This document shows, piece after piece, positions 1 through 21,196 of a DNA stretch of 64,000 nt. The DNA is taken from NCBI RefSeq assembly GCF_009914755.1, contig NC_060935.1; one strand, 5' to 3'. The notes under the pieces are model-generated. The model worked only from the letters and a program-made list of their open reading frames with translations, was not told the DNA's origin and searched no databases. The first letter of the stretch is position 1. Every line of letters starts with the position of its first letter. The position numbers were made by a program, and so were the translations under genes. Origin of the DNA: the human T2T-CHM13v2.0 reference genome, Homo sapiens.

Positions 1-124
1 GAAACTAGGTGCAGGGTTTAAGGGATTTCTCTGTACTACAATTACAAATTTTCTGTAAATTGGTAACTTCATGATTTTTCTATAAACTTTCTAAAAAAGT
101 TTATTAATAAAAAAGAGACATGTT

Positions 125-490
125 ATTGAATCTCAAAAGTGTTATGCTAAATGAAAGAAGCCAGTCTCAAAAGGCTATATACACTGTGTGATGCCAATTT
201 ATATGGCATTTTGGGAAAGGCCAAACTATAGGGATAAAAAACAAATGAGCTGTTGCCAGGGAGTGAGGGGTGGGCTGAAGGGATTTACTTCAAAAGGGCA
301 TAATTATGGAAATTTTTGGAGTGATGGAAATATTCTATATCTTGTATCTTAATTGTGGTGGTGGCAGTTACACAACTGTCACTGTTTTTTGTAATTCATC
401 TGTTTTAGCAGAACTATACAGAACTTTACACCTAAAACAGATGAATTTTACTAAGTGTAAATTATACCTTAATAAGTATGACTTTTCAAA
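125..490 (+). mobile_element. Old L1 (L1MC/L1ME-type) 3' fragment
   Basis: gaatctcaaaagtgttatgctaaatgaaagaagccagtctcaaaagg...ttgccaggg resembles L1M 3'UTR. Confidence 0.75.
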
Positions 491-598
491 AAGAATCCTT
501 AACAATTGTAGTATCATGTCATACATTTCAATACACACAGAATTCTAGCCTGATAAATGTCATTATGAGATCTAGTCAGATGAAACTAGGCGATTCAA

Positions 599-1232
<634 letters not shown>

Positions 1233-1639
1233 AGCTTTCCCTAAACCTACGTTTTATGTTCCCTTAGCTAAGTTTTCCCTTAAGTTGTTCTCTGTGCATT
1301 GAAATAACACTATCCTTAACACCTCATCATCTTCTTCTTCCTATAGTAAGGATTTACAATCTAAACTCTTTACTCAAAAATCTTGTCTAATTAACTCTTA
1401 TCTATTTTCCATTTGACTATATTATCCCTTACATCTTTTCTTTCCCGTAACAAATTTTTTTAAATAACTGAAGTACTTTTTGCTACATGGATTGTAGTTA
1501 GTTGGTCTCTCCTAGTTGGAATATAAACTTCCCAAAGGCAGGAAGTAACTATTTCTTTATACACTCCAAAAATCTGGTTTGTACTATGTATCTAAACACT
1601 CAAATGCCATATGAAGAGATTCAATGAAAAGAATACTGG

Positions 1640-2289
<650 letters not shown>

Positions 2290-2785
2290 TCAAGCAATGC
2301 TTCTAATTTATTATGCTAAGTAAGTCACAACATCTTTGGGCCTCAGCAAAATCAGAATACTTGCTGTATTTACCTCACAGGTAATAAGGTCTTGGAGGGA
2401 AAACAGTGTTAGCTAAGCTATAACCATCAGTCAATCCAAGTGTAAAGATGTATTATTGTCAGTCATAGCTATCTTGTCTAAAATTAGCCACTAGTGTTTT
2501 TTAACCAAGCTCAGTGCACAGCAAATTAAGTGCACCAACATTGCACATCAGTCATATCAATAATGTAACTGTTATACTGTAATACTAACAGAAAGCCTTA
2601 TGTTTAACAGTAAGCATGTTAATTATACACTATCTTAATGCAGTCTCAAGGTTAAAAGATAAATACTTGTTGCTAAGCCAACAATAACTGCCTTCAAATC
2701 TATTAAAAGAGGATTTATAAATCCCATTTGTTTTTGTACCCAAATAGCTAAGTTTAAAATTTTAAGAAATCCAAGAATTAGTTTA

Positions 2786-3151
<366 letters not shown>

Positions 3152-3357
3152 CTATGAACAACCTGAAAGATACTTACAGCAATATTTGCAAGTATGACCA
3201 TAATTCTCATCAAAAGAACATCATATATGAGTACCATCAAAATGATTACAAATTATAAATTACCAGTGATAATTTTCTCATTGGAGTCCCTTTTCCTTTT
3301 TCAAGCAGAGAACCAAGACAGAATAGCCTCTAGATCTTTTTTGTGGTGGTGGTTGTT

Positions 3358-3822
<465 letters not shown>

Positions 3823-3827
3823 TCTAG

Positions 3828-4020
3828 ATCTATACTGTCCAATATGGCAGTTACTAGTTACATGGAGCTATTAAGTGCCTGAAATGTGGCTGTTCCAAAT
3901 TGAGATGTACCAAGTGTAACATACACCAGATTTAAAAGATTTAGGGGAAAAAAATAATGTAAAATCTCCTACCTATGTGACTCCCATTTTTGGCTCACAT
4001 ATTTCTCATGTACAGCACTG
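3828..4020. mobile_element. MER33/MER3-like hAT-Charlie DNA transposon fragment
   Basis: ctgtccaatatggcagttactagttacatg...gaaatgtggct...ccaaattgagatgt. Confidence 0.7.
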
Positions 4021-4473
4021 CTTTATATATGTAGTCGAATCCTGAATAAGGAAAATGGATACCAGAAGTATTAAGCAGTTTGCTCAATATCTCACCGCTT
4101 GATAGAAGCAGAGCAGGGCCTAGAACCTGATCACGTTTATCCATCCTGCCCTTATGAATAGAAGGAATTAATCATTTAAGACTCAACTTGAGCATCCTCT
4201 TCCTCCTCAAACCCCCTCATTCCTTTTCCATCTCCCAGCCCAGGTGACCATATCCTATTTAGCCTGCCCTTATAATTATACTGTTATAAAATGTACGTTG
4301 TCTTCCAAATGGATGAGAAATTCTTGAGAGCAAGCACTGTCTCATTCATTTTTCTTATCCCTGGGAACCTTTGAAGTACCAGGCACTCTTTCAGGCCCTC
4401 CGGCACTCTCAGAGCTTTGAGAGGGTTAATTTTTAGCCCTATGCAGGTACAACTACTAAAATGAAATCACCTA

Positions 4474-5171
<698 letters not shown>

Positions 5172-5503
5172 TCATGTTATCAAAGAAAAACAAGTTACAA
5201 AAAATGCTTTGCACTACTGCTGCTCTGATGCTCTATAAGAACTCTGAGTTCTCAGGAAATTCAACACTCTTTAGGTATAAGTTCACTTATTGAATGTGCT
5301 TACTTAAATGCAAAACTTTGTGCTACAGAAAGAGTCCTGGACATGGGAATTAATGCAAGCAATCTTCAATTAATTGAAAATTTTAGAACTATTAATTGCA
5401 GAAGAAACAAACTTAGTATACAGTTATTCATTACAAAAAGTTAGTTTCTAAAATTCCTCAATGCAAACATGCCAGCTTTTGTATTCTATAAAACAGAAAA
5501 AAC

Positions 5504-5790
5504 TGCCAGGTGCAGTGGCTCAAGTCTTTAATCCCAGCACTTTGGGAGGCCAAGACGGGCAGATCACTTGAGGTCAGGAGTTCGAGACTAGCCTGGTCAA
5601 CATAGTGTAAACCAGTCTCTATTGAAAAAACACAAAAATGAGCCATGTGTGGTGGCGCGTGCCTGTAATTCCAGCTACTCAGGAGGCTGAGGCAGGAGAA
5701 TCACTTGAACCCTGGAGGTGGAGGTTGCAGTGAGCTCTCGTGCCACTGCACTCCAGCCTAGGCGACAGAGCGAGATTCAAACAGAAAAAA
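5504..5790 (+). mobile_element. AluS
   Basis: Alu consensus. Confidence 0.94.
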
Positions 5791-6202
5791 ATTGTAAAAC
5801 CTGTGATGAAAACATTAAAACATGTTATTTGCAAAGAAAACTGCAAGAAACACGCATATAAAACACAAATAGCAAGACATTTTGATAAGAAAAAACCTAC
5901 TTTAGAATGTATTAATTCAGCCAAAATTACGGAATTTATGGAAGAAACTCCATATGTGCTTTCTACCTACGTAAAATCACTTTTGAACTAAATCTGAGTT
6001 AACAAATAAAATCTCTCTATTCCCAGTTACATTGTTTTTCAGTATGTAACCACTGTCTTGATACTAAACAAATATCTTATATAAAAATAAAATCTGTATA
6101 CTTCAACTAGGGTCCTTTCGTCTAATTTGCTGCTGTGAATAAGAGCACCATCCTGTCCAGATAAGGTTAGATCAAATTTAAAAAAAAAAAAAGCACCATT
6201 CT

Positions 6203-6268
6203 GCTGGGCATGGTAGACCAGCCTGGGCGACACAGTGAGACCCCATGTCAATTAAAAAAAAAAAAAAG
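6203..6268 (+). mobile_element. Internally deleted FLAM/Alu monomer
   Basis: gctgggcatggt fused to agaccagcctgggcgacacagtgagacccc plus A tail. Confidence 0.7.
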
Positions 6269-7513
6269 AGCACCAACCCCAACTATGGCAGAGCTGCTAA
6301 AGGAGTCTCTTGTGGAGACTTGAACCACAAGCCAAGGAGGCAAAGGTACAAAGTCTCTCCTGGAATTAGTTCCTGGACTTCTGTGCAGCCTTCCCTCTTT
6401 CTACTATGTCTTCACCGTTCCCCTACAAACAGCTTTCTTCTTCTTGCATCTCTTATATGCTGTGGCCTTTGATGCTACAATAGATTTAAAAATTTTCCCA
6501 ACAGAGCTTTTCTGCCTGAAACCCACCAGGAAAGATTTCAGGACATTCTTTAATAACTAATCTTGTTCAAAGAGGCAGGCCTCCTTCGTTTCACTTAATT
6601 CAAACCCCCACTGTTCAAAATAAGAATATAATTATAACCTCAATTTCTATCGGGCCAGTATAGGAAAAGAACTACAACAGGCTCTCTCTTCCACGTTATG
6701 TCCAGACTTTTTTCCTTAGTTTCTCCTTCCTCATTTCCCTCCTCAATCCCTCCTCCCCCAAAAAATAATTCCACAGCTAGAGAATGTCGTTTTTAAAGCC
6801 AGAAATTCAGTGAGGAAAATAAGTATGTGCCTTTTTCTTCAATTATTTATGATTCCTCCGTCACTCAGGAAGAGTTAAGCTAGTATTTTTTAATCTGACC
6901 GCTCTCTCAGAAGGATGATGCGCTAAATACACACTGAAAGAATAGTGTTCCCAAAGCAAGTGGATTCGCGGCTAAAGGCAACGCGGTGGGAGTGGGGGGT
7001 CCGGGAAGAAGAAAAAGTATCCTTGGCCCCCAGAGCCAGAGATGGGACAGGAGGTGAAAGAAGGGGCCGTCACTGAGAAGTACAACACACACACTCGCCA
7101 GAACTAACAATCTGCCAAGAAAATAGGACCGGCCACTGCGGCTCCAGCCCGGTCCCGCGGGACAAGGCGGGGGAGGGGGGCCGGCGGCCGGGGGGCCTGC
7201 CCTCCTTCTGTGGGACAAAACTAACTCCCTGGCGCACCTCCGCTCCCGAGAAGAGGGGCCTGGTGGGGACGCGGGCTCCTCGCACCTCCAGCGCAGCACT
7301 TGCTCACGGCCTGGGTGGAAGCAAGGCCCGGAGGGAGGGGGGAGTCGGGCTGGGCAACGCCAAGAGCACGGGATGGAGGGTCAGACGCGGGCACCCAAGG
7401 CACTGGGGGCCGCGACAAGAGACCCTTCCAGCCCGGGAACCCCGGGGCCCCTCTCCACCCTTGCAGAGCAGGACCCCGAATATCGTCCCCAGCCGCACCG
7501 ACCGCTCCTCACC

Positions 7514-7579
7514 TCAAGCTGCCTGAGCCTCCGCCTCTACCACAACCTGAGCCGCCGAAGCCGCCACAGTCCGAGCCAT
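7514..7579 (-). CDS. Putative uORF MARTVAASAAQVVVEAEAQAA* (21 aa) in exon 1
   Basis: AAAATGG strong Kozak context (-3 A, +4 G), open for 21 codons, TGA ends 1 nt before the splice donor; translation not demonstrated. Confidence 0.35.
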   Translation of the reverse strand: MARTVAASAAQVVVEAEAQAA

Positions 7580-7583
7580 TTTT
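7574..7583 (-). promoter_or_regulatory. YY1-type motif AAAATGGCT overlapping the uORF ATG
   Basis: Plus strand agccattttt; YY1 core AANATGGC typically lies just downstream of a TSS. Confidence 0.55.
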
Positions 7584-7645
7584 CCCCTCAGCTGGCTCAG
7601 CCGCCGCCGAAAGCTTCGGCCGACTCCACAGCCAGCCAAGCGCAG

Positions 7646-7659
7646 CACGTCACTTCCGG
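7646..7659 (-). promoter_or_regulatory. Overlapping ETS-CRE motif CCGGAAGTGACGTG (GABPA/ELK plus CREB/ATF type)
   Basis: Plus strand cacgtcacttccgg matches the known TSS-proximal composite CCGGAAGTGACGT. Confidence 0.8.
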
Positions 7660-7677
7660 ACAGGGAAGCACCGCCTT

Positions 7678-7740
7678 CCCCGCCCGGACTTGTTGCGAAT
7701 TGGCTGGCGCGGACGGCCTACCTGAGCTGGCGGGCGGGGC
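7678..7740. promoter_or_regulatory. GC boxes (7678-7685, 7729-7740) and CCAAT box (7699-7703, minus strand)
   Basis: ccccgccc, ggcgggcggggc and attgg just upstream of the ETS-CRE element. Confidence 0.6.
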
Positions 7741-9239
7741 TTGGACGCTGCCGGGGTGGCGTGAGCAAGGGAGCTGGGGCGCTGGGGCGCACGGGCCCGG
7801 GGGACCAGGGTCTGGCTCTCTCCCGAGGAATGCTGAGCAGGCTCTGGACGCCTCTCCGTGCACACCCCAGACCTGGGGAGGGGAGCTCTCCGGACACCCC
7901 AGCTGGCCGCCCCTCGGGCCCTGAGTCCGAAGACCCGCTAAACAGGGCCCGGGCACTGAAGTACCCTATTGTTCTCATCCCCTCTCCCGGGACCCCGCAC
8001 CCTCCTCCATCTAGGCTGAGGTTCCCAGATTTGTGTCTTGGCCCCTGGCGGCGCCGAGATTACTTTGTGATTGGAAGACTGAAAGGAACAGGCAAGACTT
8101 AAACTCGTCCACTCCAACCAGTATTTACCGAGGCCTCACGGTGGGTCAGGTGGTATACGGTGGGTAATTAGTAGCCTATCACGTGGTTTCTGTAAAATGC
8201 TTGATAGCACGTAAAACGCTTTCAGGTCGGCGTCTCGTTTCATCCTCACAACAGCCAGGTAAGGAAGATAACCCCCTGATAATAACTCACAGCCAGACGG
8301 CTCTTTCTACATTACAAAGTATTTTCACATGCAACCTCCATAATAATATATTCTTATTGAGAATTTAATGAGATTATGCTTGTAAAGCGTTTGGTCCTCA
8401 CGTGTTAGATCTAAAAATTACGTAACCATGGGAAGATATAGGAAAATTATCCCCATTTACAGATGGGGCTTCTGGGGCACAAAGATGTTAAGGGGAGAGG
8501 AACGATTCCATAGCGTTTTACAACAAGATTGTCTTTTAAGCAGTAGGAGAAGGGGGTCCACACCATCCAGACGTTCACAATCTGATGTGGCAGACTGATT
8601 TAGGCTGCATTTCTCAGCCTAAACTAAAAATTATCAGCCTATATGATATACGCATAATTAGAAGGCTCTAAGAGAAGTTGAACTTTCAGCAAATAACTGG
8701 AAAGAAAGAAATTGGCCTGATTTGGCAGGGACGGGGGTTGGCGAAAGGGGGCTAGGGCAATGGGGAATGTGGAGTGGATGAATCCCTCATAGCGCTGTAA
8801 TAAACATGCCTGCACCTCCGCAGGGATGGTAAAATTGGATGGAGTTTCTATTCTATGGGGAATTCTAGAAACAAATGTGATTATTTCTTACGGCTGTAGC
8901 TACTGGCTGTTGTACACCCCCCCCCCTTCCAACTCCTATCTTTCCCCCAACCCCGCCCCTCCTCTATGCACACACACTTCCAGGCAGGCTACACACTCTA
9001 GAAGAATGTCCCTTAGAAATCAACTTAGTTCCGCAGCATTGTTCTGCTTTATCTTCTGATCAAAGGAGGAATTTCTAAAATTGGCAGCAGCTCTTTCACA
9101 AGATTAAAAAGGGTGGGGAAAGTGATTTATCTCAGGGTAGCTTCCTAGCTTCTGCTCCAGATCTGAGTGTGCCTTCAGGAAAGAAGGAAGAGGCCTTGGG
9201 AGAACACTGAGTCTTCAGGAAAGAGTAACTATTTGTCTG

Positions 9240-9260
9240 TCTTTTTTTTTTCTTTTGTTT

Positions 9261-9292
<32 letters not shown>

Positions 9293-9366
9293 TTTCTTTC
9301 TTTCTTTTTCTTTCTCTTTCTTTATTCCTCTCTCCCTCTCTCTCTTTCTTCCTTTCTTATTTTTTG
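9240..9366 (+). repeat. (TTTC)n / CT-rich simple repeat
   Basis: Polypyrimidine tract. Confidence 0.92.
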
Positions 9367-9822
9367 ATCCAGCGAGACAGACTGGATTTTTTCTTCTAAT
9401 TTTTTTTTTTAATGAAACGTATTTCCCCTGAGTCTCAGCAGCAGAGGGCCCTGGTCCTTGAGTCACTTCCTTGTTGCAGTTCTGAATTCATTATTTTATT
9501 ATAGCTTTTGAATGACTGATACATGGTAGGCTCTGATCAACCAAAAGGTTCCCAATAAGGTGAAGAGAAAGAAAAGGAGTTTGATAGTTTTCCAGATTCC
9601 AAAAAAATTAGCTTTCACAAGTTGCCAGGTGTCAAGAATCTGAACAGGTAACCCTCTCTCAGCATATCTCATCTGTCAGCAATGGCTTGTGAAGATGCAT
9701 GTGTAAACAGTAGGAACACAGACTTCTGGGAGACAGTACAAACTGGTGCTGCTGTCATTTGGAACCAACTAGAACATAGCTGGCAACCATTTCTCCTGTT
9801 TCCTTTCTTCCACTGGCTTCAC

Positions 9823-10112
9823 TTTTTTTTTTTTTTTTTTTTGAGACAGAGTCTCATACTTGTTGCCCAGGCTGGAGTGCAATGGTGTGCTCTCGGCTCA
9901 CCACAACCTCCGCCTCCCTTGGTTCAAGGGATTCTTCTGCCTCAGCCTCCTGAGTAGCTGGGATTACAGTCATGTGCCACCACACCCAGCTAATTTTTGT
10001 ATTTTTAGTAGAGACAGAGTTTCTCCGTGTTGGTCAGGCTGGTCTCGAACTCCCGACCTCAAGTGATCTGCCTGCCTAGGCCTCCCAAAGTGCTGGGATT
10101 ACAGGCAGAGGC
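9823..10112 (-). mobile_element. AluS
   Basis: Reverse Alu consensus with T tail. Confidence 0.94.
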
Positions 10113-10254
10113 CTTACATTTTTCACTGTTTCAATCCTAACTTCCCACAGACAACTTCCCAGTACCACAAATATTCCCCAGCTTCTTCCAGTACCACATG
10201 AGAAATGGGCAATCTTTTTTTTTTAACCACAGATAAAATATAGTGGATAACAAT

Positions 10255-10480
10255 GATTAGCATTTGCTAAGGCCAAGCCCTGTTCTTAGTGTTTTATGAG
10301 TATTATCTCATTGACTTCCTCCAACAACCTTCCTGAAAGATATAATTATTATATCCTAATTTTATAGCTGAGAAATTTGAGGAACAGAGAGGAGAGTAAC
10401 TTGCCCAATGTCACACAGCTACTAAAGAGCAGAGCTGGGATCCAAAACTGGGTCTGACTGCACAACCCATGCTTTTTTAA
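10255..10480. mobile_element. MIR
   Basis: attttatagctgagaaatttgaggaacagagagg...taacttgcccaatgtcacacagct core. Confidence 0.8.
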
Positions 10481-10629
10481 CCTCACAGTTCCGCCAGCGG
10501 GCCAAGATTTTAACATCTACGAAATGCTGTTAAGAAGTATAATAGTTAGGTTTTTATTTCCTTTCTCAATGTTATATCCCCACCTGAGTAGAAGGACTCT
10601 GCTGGGTACTATACCAAACTACCTACCTA

Positions 10630-11570
<941 letters not shown>

Positions 11571-11582
11571 ACACAATAAGTG

Positions 11583-11936
<354 letters not shown>

Positions 11937-12033
11937 TTAGAAATAAAAATAGTATATTGTGCTATGAGCACTACTAGAGGTAAACCCAAATAACTCTGGA
12001 AGCTCGGAGAAAAGATAGAGGGAAGATGGAAAA

Positions 12034-12600
12034 TGTATTAGTTATCTATTGCTGCATATCAAATTACCCCAGCATTTAGCAGCTTAAAGTAAAAATGATA
12101 AACATTTACTAGATCACAGTTTCTGTGGGACAGGCATGTTGGCATGGCATAGGTGAGTGTTTCTGATTTAAGATCTCCCACAAGATTGCAGTCAAGCTGT
12201 CAGCTGCCAATCCCATCTGAGGGCTTGAATGGGGGGAGATCCACTTCCAAGTTCACTCATGTGGTTGTTAGAAGGCCTTGATCTCTCCCTACATAGGCAG
12301 CCCTCTCCCCAGGGCTTCCTCACAACATGGCCACTGACGTTCCGCAACGTGAGTGACCAAGAAAGAGAGCAAGAGAACCAAGAGTATGTGAGAGAAAGCA
12401 CCCATGGAAAGAAGCCACAGTCTTTTTGTAACCTAATCTCAGAAATGGTCTTATCACTTCTGCCATACTCTATTTATTAGAAGTGAGTCAATAAATTCAG
12501 TCCACATTCAAGAAAAGGGAAATACACAAAGGTGATGAATACACAAAGGTGTGAATAGCAGGAGGTGGGGATCATTGGGGTTCATTTTAGTGGCTGCAGT
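12034..12600 (-). mobile_element. MLT1-type (MaLR) LTR
   Basis: tgtattagttatctattgctgc...aaattacccc...cacagtttctgtggg...gcagtcaag. Confidence 0.78.
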
Positions 12601-12909
12601 ACATGAGTAGTTGTATTAAAGTTTTTCAGGAGCATTTCAGGAGGAAGGGCTTTCCAGGCAAAGCAAAGGATGTGTGCAAAGATACAGAGGCATGGAAGAA
12701 CTTCATGTGTTCAGGATACGCTGTTGGCCATTCTGTGACCAGGCGAGAGGGGCTTGGGGAGTATAATTGATTCAGCTGAGCAAATTTGAAGAGGAGGTAA
12801 AGTATCATTGGTTGAAAGATGATACATTTACTTCTTTGAATTCTACCAGCATACCTGCATCTTTGTGAAAAATATATACATACGAATATATTCATTAAAG
12901 CATCATCTT

Positions 12910-13644
<735 letters not shown>

Positions 13645-14073
13645 TGTTCCATGAAAGGGCTATATATGCAAAGCAACCTGCAGACACAAAAGGAACCAAG
13701 AAACCAAAGAATAAGGAAGACAAATCTGGTTTGTTGGTATAGAGTATTTTATTAGGGAGCTTACGGACAAAAGTATGGTCTTCGGTGGCCACAAGACAGG
13801 TAGTTCTTCACACCACAAACCCCCTGATCCAGGGCTTATATTTTGAATCATACATGCTCTGGGAGAAATGTGTAGATGGTTATGGACCTCACAGCCTGTG
13901 ATTTATGCAATGACATCAGGGGTGGTTTTGAAGGAAAGACAAAACTTACAGTGAATAGGTGTTTCTACATAAAGAGTAATAACTAGACATCTTGGAGGTA
14001 TTCCTGGACTGGGGGTTAGTCAGGAGTCACATGGCAGATTAGCATCTAAAATACAGTCACTCTTGTCCCCACA
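13645..14073 (-). mobile_element. Solo ERV LTR (family not identified)
   Basis: TG...CA termini, 5-bp TSD ccata at 13640-13644 and 14074-14078, internal tttatt (AATAAA on minus strand). Confidence 0.78.
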
Positions 14074-14089
14074 CCATAAAAATCATGTG

Positions 14090-14600
14090 ATGGGAAAAGA
14101 GTGAAAACAACTAAATGCTCATCAATAGGGAATGGGTAAATAGGTTATGGTATATCATAAAATGGAATACTATGCAGCTGTTAAAAAGATGTACTGATAA
14201 GAATATTTTCCATTGTGGAATAATCTCCAATATATTTTATTAAGGGAAAAGGGCAAGTTGCCAAGTAATCTATGGCATGCCAGTATTTATGTTAAAAAAT
14301 GGAATGTGTTGTAATAGCATAGGATATCTCTGGAAATATACACAAATATACACAAGAAACTGGTAATAGTGGCTACATACGTAAAGAGGAACTGGGAGCC
14401 TGAGGGTCAGCAATAGGAGGGAGCCTTTTTACTATATACTCCTGTTGTACAGGTTGACTTTGTTACCATGGGCATGTATTACTTTCAAATTAAAAAAGAA
14501 AGAAGTAGGTGCAGCAAACCACCATGGCAAATGTATACCTGTGTAACAAACCTGCACGTTCTGCATATGTATCCCAGAACTTAAAGTAAAATAAAAAAAG
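14090..14600 (+). mobile_element. L1ME fragment followed by a short L1PA 3' end (14506-14597)
   Basis: aaatgctcatcaatagggaatggg...tggaatactatgcagc; taggtgcagcaaaccaccatggc...aacttaaagtaaaa. Confidence 0.8.
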
Positions 14601-14688
14601 AAGCATAAGGGAGCTTGGTAATTTTGGTATGAAGTATATTTAGTCTGAACAAAACTGAAGTTTATGTCTATGTTTTTAAAGTTGATGT

Positions 14689-15018
<330 letters not shown>

Positions 15019-15279
15019 TCAACTGTGTAGGGGTCAGTTCTCCTAATGCCCTCATTGTTCAAGGATGAAGTGTACTAAAAGTAAACAAATGCCAACCTTG
15101 AAATTCTGTACACAGTGAAAATATCACTTAAAATAAATCTTAAAAAAAAAAAAGTTGATGTCTATCTTTTCTCTTCTCGAAGCTTCCCCCACCCAGTCTC
15201 TCTCCCTTTAACCCTTACACACATAACTTCCCTCTCTCCCTTAATCTTACACCTTCTCCAGCTTCTGCCTTCTTCCCTG

Positions 15280-17616
<2,337 letters not shown>

Positions 17617-17700
17617 TACTTCCATTTATATTTAATACCTTTTCCCCTTCAGTTAAAACAACATAGCCAAGACTTTCCTCTTGTATAGAAATTCACATGA

Positions 17701-17999
<299 letters not shown>

Positions 18000-18319
18000 T
18001 GAGCATGAATTATGAAAGACTAATATTATTTCAGTGGAAGCCCTGCCTTGTAAACCAGTGGTGAGGAGCATTTGTATTGCACTGAATAATTTTTTAAATT
18101 CAGTTGTGAGTTACTATATAAAACCTAAAATTAAGTTAGAAAAATTTCAAAGAACTATCAACTGTTTCTTTGATATGCCTTTAAAAAGGATGGCCATTTT
18201 GTGCATCATTAAAGTATGATGTGTAGGCTGTGACTCACAAGAGGAATAGCCAACCTACTCTTTTCTCTCCTCCTCTTCCCCTCCCCAGAATATCATAAAG
18301 AAACAGGTGATAGGTACTT

Positions 18320-18890
<571 letters not shown>

Positions 18891-19019
18891 TGGGGAATGC
18901 ATGTCAGTGGGTCTGAATGTTTGTCGCCACTTTAGTCCTTTGGGACTACAAAGGAGAGTAAATAAGGAAAAATACATGGGGGTTTGGAGCTAAGTGTCAA
19001 ATCCAATCAAGTCCAAATT

Positions 19020-19862
<843 letters not shown>

Positions 19863-19966
19863 CCACCAAGCCTGGGAGCAGTTTCTGGATATACGGTAGT
19901 GACCCGGTGTATGGACAAGAAGTAGATGCAGGGAATTGACCAGGAATTACTGGGAAGAGGGATTCA

Positions 19967-20328
<362 letters not shown>

Positions 20329-20869
20329 AACAATGAGAAAATAAATGAAGTAAAATTTGTTTCTGTGATATCTGAGATAATCTTTTAGATGTGTTTCTAA
20401 CATTTCCCCAAATGAAGTAAATTATTACACAAAATTACGAAGTTAAAGCAAATTTGGAAAAAAAAAAACAGTTACAAGTGGACAGAAGTCTATTTTGGCA
20501 TTCTGAGTGTCTGCAGCTTTGGGACAAATGAGAGGCAGGATCCCTGGGCAGGATCAGCACACTCATGGTAGCAAGCGCTCCTCATTCTGCCCCCAGTTCT
20601 GCCCCCACAGCTTCAAACATGGTGGGCTGACAACAATATGGAGGTCGGAGAAGAAGAACAATTTCAGAGCATGTCTGAGACAACCCAAGGTGCTGAAAAA
20701 TGTACTGAAGCTCTACAGTGATGGAGGCATGGATCAGCACTATGCAGATAGAAACATAAATGTGACATCATTTGTAATTGCAGTCTGAATGAGTTAGAAA
20801 AAAATTAGGATATTCTTACGTGGAAGCTAAATCTTAATACCACTAGGAAGATTTGTAATAATAACAATG

Positions 20870-21035
20870 ATAGTTAACATGAATGGAATGGTTACTATTT
20901 GTCAGGCACTGTTAGAAGTACAGTACTTTACATGCATTAACATATTTAATTCCTAGAGCAAACTTACGAAGTAAGTGCTGTTAATATCTTCATTTTACAA
21001 GCAAGGAAACCGAAGTGCAGAGAGGTAGAAGTAAA
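20870..21035. mobile_element. MIR
   Basis: cattttacaagcaaggaaaccgaagtgcagagagg. Confidence 0.75.
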
Positions 21036-21196
21036 TTATTTTTTTAAAAATGACACTTATTTGGGCCTACATGTCACCCAGCAGCCAGGGGAAAAAAAAA
21101 AGACATTTATTCTAAAACAGAGTAGAAGTATATTCTTTTTTTCTTTTTTAAAATACTTTTTTTGTACAGAGCAGTTGAAATGTAAGAAGTATATTC

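Larger units (their letters stand above)
7513..7650 (-). other. Probable first (5'UTR) exon of an unidentified minus-strand gene; intron 1 runs toward coordinate 1
   Basis: Consensus donor GAG|GTGAGG (exon ends 7513, GT at 7512-7511) directly downstream of the promoter motifs on the minus strand; TSS position approximate. Confidence 0.7.
6950..8070. promoter_or_regulatory. CpG island / housekeeping-type promoter
   Basis: Abrupt GC- and CpG-rich, repeat-free block in AT/Alu-rich surroundings; contains ETS, CRE-half, CCAAT, GC-box and YY1 motifs. Confidence 0.93.

Noticed and set aside
7513-7660. Gene symbol for the CpG-island gene
   Set aside because: Only a non-coding-type first exon is visible and I cannot recognise it reliably; a BLAT search is needed
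6907-8102. Overlapping Pro/Gly/Arg-rich ORFs of up to 183 aa in the CpG island
   Set aside because: Expected from stop-codon scarcity in GC-rich DNA; no recognisable protein similarity, and most begin at non-ATG codons
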